Below, piece after piece: positions 63,101-64,000 of a DNA stretch of 64,000 nucleotides. A program made the translations under genes and the position numbers. Numbering within the stretch: position 1 is the first letter of the stretch; each line of letters begins with the position of its first letter. The stretch lies in NCBI RefSeq assembly GCF_055900595.2, contig NZ_CM148325.1. One strand, given 5' to 3'. The notes under the pieces are model-generated. The model was not told the DNA's origin. It saw nothing but the letters and a program-made list of their open reading frames with translations, and did not search any database.

Positions 63101-63277
63101 CATTGTCTCCGGCGACGCACCGGGCAGCGAGGCGCTGACCATAATCACCGGAAAATCGACCTGTGGCAGCGGGGCGACCGGCAGCATACGGAAGCCCAGT
63201 ATGCCGCACAGGGTAATGGCGACCGACAGTAAAATCGTCGCCACCGGGCGGTAAATGAAGAGGGCAAAAAACTTCAC
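60200..63277 (-). CDS. mdtC: RND multidrug efflux permease MdtC
   Basis: 1025 aa; AcrB-like RND transporter. Confidence 0.92.
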   Translation of the reverse strand: MKFFALFIYRPVATILLSVAITLCGILGFRMLPVAPLPQVDFPVIMVSASLPGASPETMASSVATPLERSLGRIAGVSEMTSSSSLGSTRIILQFDFDRDINGAARDVQAAINAAQSLLPSGMPSRPTYRKANPSDAPIMILTLTSDTYSQGELYDFASTQLAPTISQIDGVGDVDVGGSSLPAVRVGLNPQALFNQGVSLDDVRTAISNANVRKPQGALEDGTHRWQIQTNDELKTATEYQPLIIHYNNGGAVRLGDVATVTDSVQDVRNAGMTNAKPAILLMIRKLPEANIIQTVDSIRAKLPELQETIPAAIDLQIAQDRSPTIRASLEEVEQTLIISVALVILVVFLFLRSGRATIIPAVAVPVSLIGTFAAMYLCGFSLNNLSLMALTIATGFVVDDAIVVLENIARHLEAGMKPLQAALQGTREVGFTVLSMSLSLVAVFLPLLLMGGLPGRLLREFAVTLSVAIGISLLVSLTLTPMMCGWMLKASKPREQKRLRGFGRMLVALQQGYGKSLKWVLNHTRLVGVVLLGTIALNIWLYISIPKTFFPEQDTGVLMGGIQADQSISFQAMRGKLQDFMKIIRDDPAVDNVTGFTGGSRVNSGMMFITLKPRDERSETAQQIIDRLRVKLAKEPGANLFLMAVQDIRVGGRQSNASYQYTLLSDDLAALREWEPKIRKKLATLPELADVNSDQQDNGAEMNLVYDRDTMARLGIDVQAANSLLNNAFGQRQISTIYQPMNQYKVVMEVDPRYTQDISALEKMFVINNEGKAIPLSYFAKWQPANAPLSVNHQGLSAASTISFNLPTGKSLSDASAAIDRAMTQLGVPSTVRGSFAGTAQVFQETMNSQVILIIAAIATVYIVLGILYESYVHPLTILSTLPSAGVGALLALELFNAPFSLIALIGIMLLIGIVKKNAIMMVDFALEAQRHGNLTPQEAIFQACLLRFRPIMMTTLAALFGALPLVLSGGDGSELRQPLGITIVGGLVMSQLLTLYTTPVVYLFFDRLRLRFSRKPKQTVTE

Positions 63278-64000
63278 TTACGCCTCCTCTTCATGACGAG
63301 CAAAGCGGCTTTTGGTCCACAATGCCAGGCGGTCGAATAGCAGATAAATCACCGGCGTGGTAAACAGCGTCAGCACCTGGCTAACAATCAGACCGCCGAC
63401 CATGCCGATACCTAACGGACGACGCAGTTCCGCGCCGACCCCGGTACTTAACATCAGCGGCAACGCGCCAAGCAGAGCCGCCAGAGTGGTCATCAGGATC
63501 GGGCGAAAACGCAGCAAACAGGCCTGGTAAATAGCATCGCGCGGCGACATGCCTTGCTCGCGCTCGGCAGCCAGCGCGAAGTCGATCATCATGATGGCGT
63601 TTTTCTTCACAATACCGATCAGCAAAATAATGCCGATGATGGCGATCACATCCAGCTCACTTCCGGCAATCATTAGCGCCAGCAGTGCGCCAACACCTGC
63701 CGTTGGCAACGTCGAGAGAATGGTGATCGGGTGAATAAAACTTTCATACAGAATGCCGAGCACGATATACATCGCCACCACCGCCGCGACAATCAGCCAG
63801 ACAGTGCTGCCCAATGCCGACTGGAAGGCGAGGGTGCTACCCTGGAACTGCGTGGTGATATCCACCGGCAGATTCAGCGTCTTTTCGGTGTCCATAATCG
63901 CCTGCACCGCATCGCCCAGCGAATAGTTATCCGGCACGTTAAAGGAGATGGTCGTTACCGGGAACTGATCCAGATGGTTGATGGAGAGCGGCGCAAAACG
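63278..64000 (-). CDS. mdtB: RND multidrug efflux permease MdtB, C-terminal part (5-prime end outside window)
   Basis: Frame open from the window edge to the stop at 63278; C-terminal RND TM bundle, paralogous to the adjacent mdtC C-terminus. Confidence 0.88.
   Translation of the reverse strand, partial: RFAPLSINHLDQFPVTTISFNVPDNYSLGDAVQAIMDTEKTLNLPVDITTQFQGSTLAFQSALGSTVWLIVAAVVAMYIVLGILYESFIHPITILSTLPTAGVGALLALMIAGSELDVIAIIGIILLIGIVKKNAIMMIDFALAAEREQGMSPRDAIYQACLLRFRPILMTTLAALLGALPLMLSTGVGAELRRPLGIGMVGGLIVSQVLTLFTTPVIYLLFDRLALWTKSRFARHEEEA

Overview
This window is an Escherichia coli chromosomal segment, collinear in reverse orientation with the K-12 MG1655 region from mdtB to dusC (gene order and K-12 comparisons are recalled from memory, not computed). 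It carries, right to left in K-12 order: mdtB(partial)-mdtC-mdtD-baeS-baeR, yegP, yegQ, CyaR sRNA, yegR, yegS, gatRDCBAZY, fbaB, yegTUV, yegW, yegX, thiMD with its TPP riboswitch, rcnR-rcnA-rcnB, the cryptic yehABCDE chaperone-usher fimbrial operon, mrp, metG, a MolR-like WGR-domain gene, yehR, yehS, btsSR, mlrA, yohO, osmF-yehYXW, bglX, dld, pbpG, yohC, yohD, yohF, mdtQ, yohP and dusC. Departures from the K-12 layout are the main points of interest: (1) a 466-aa low-GC HEAT-repeat ORF inserted between yegP and yegQ; (2) an AT-rich islet between rcnR and thiM with two tandem small secreted proteins, a 79-aa putative DNA-binding protein and a possible 39-aa hydrophobic peptide; (3) the metG-yehR interval holds only a split WGR-domain gene instead of the K-12 molR-yehI-yehKLMPQ block; (4) an IS200 copy just upstream of dusC next to a foreign FAD-monooxygenase gene end; (5) yegX carries an in-frame TAA; (6) gatR and mdtQ are intact here. 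No rRNA, tRNA or CRISPR array was seen. Coordinates of CDS come from the supplied ORF track with start codons trimmed to the conserved N-termini; hand-derived small features (hairpins, operators, small ORFs, sRNA) are approximate to about +/-2 bp.
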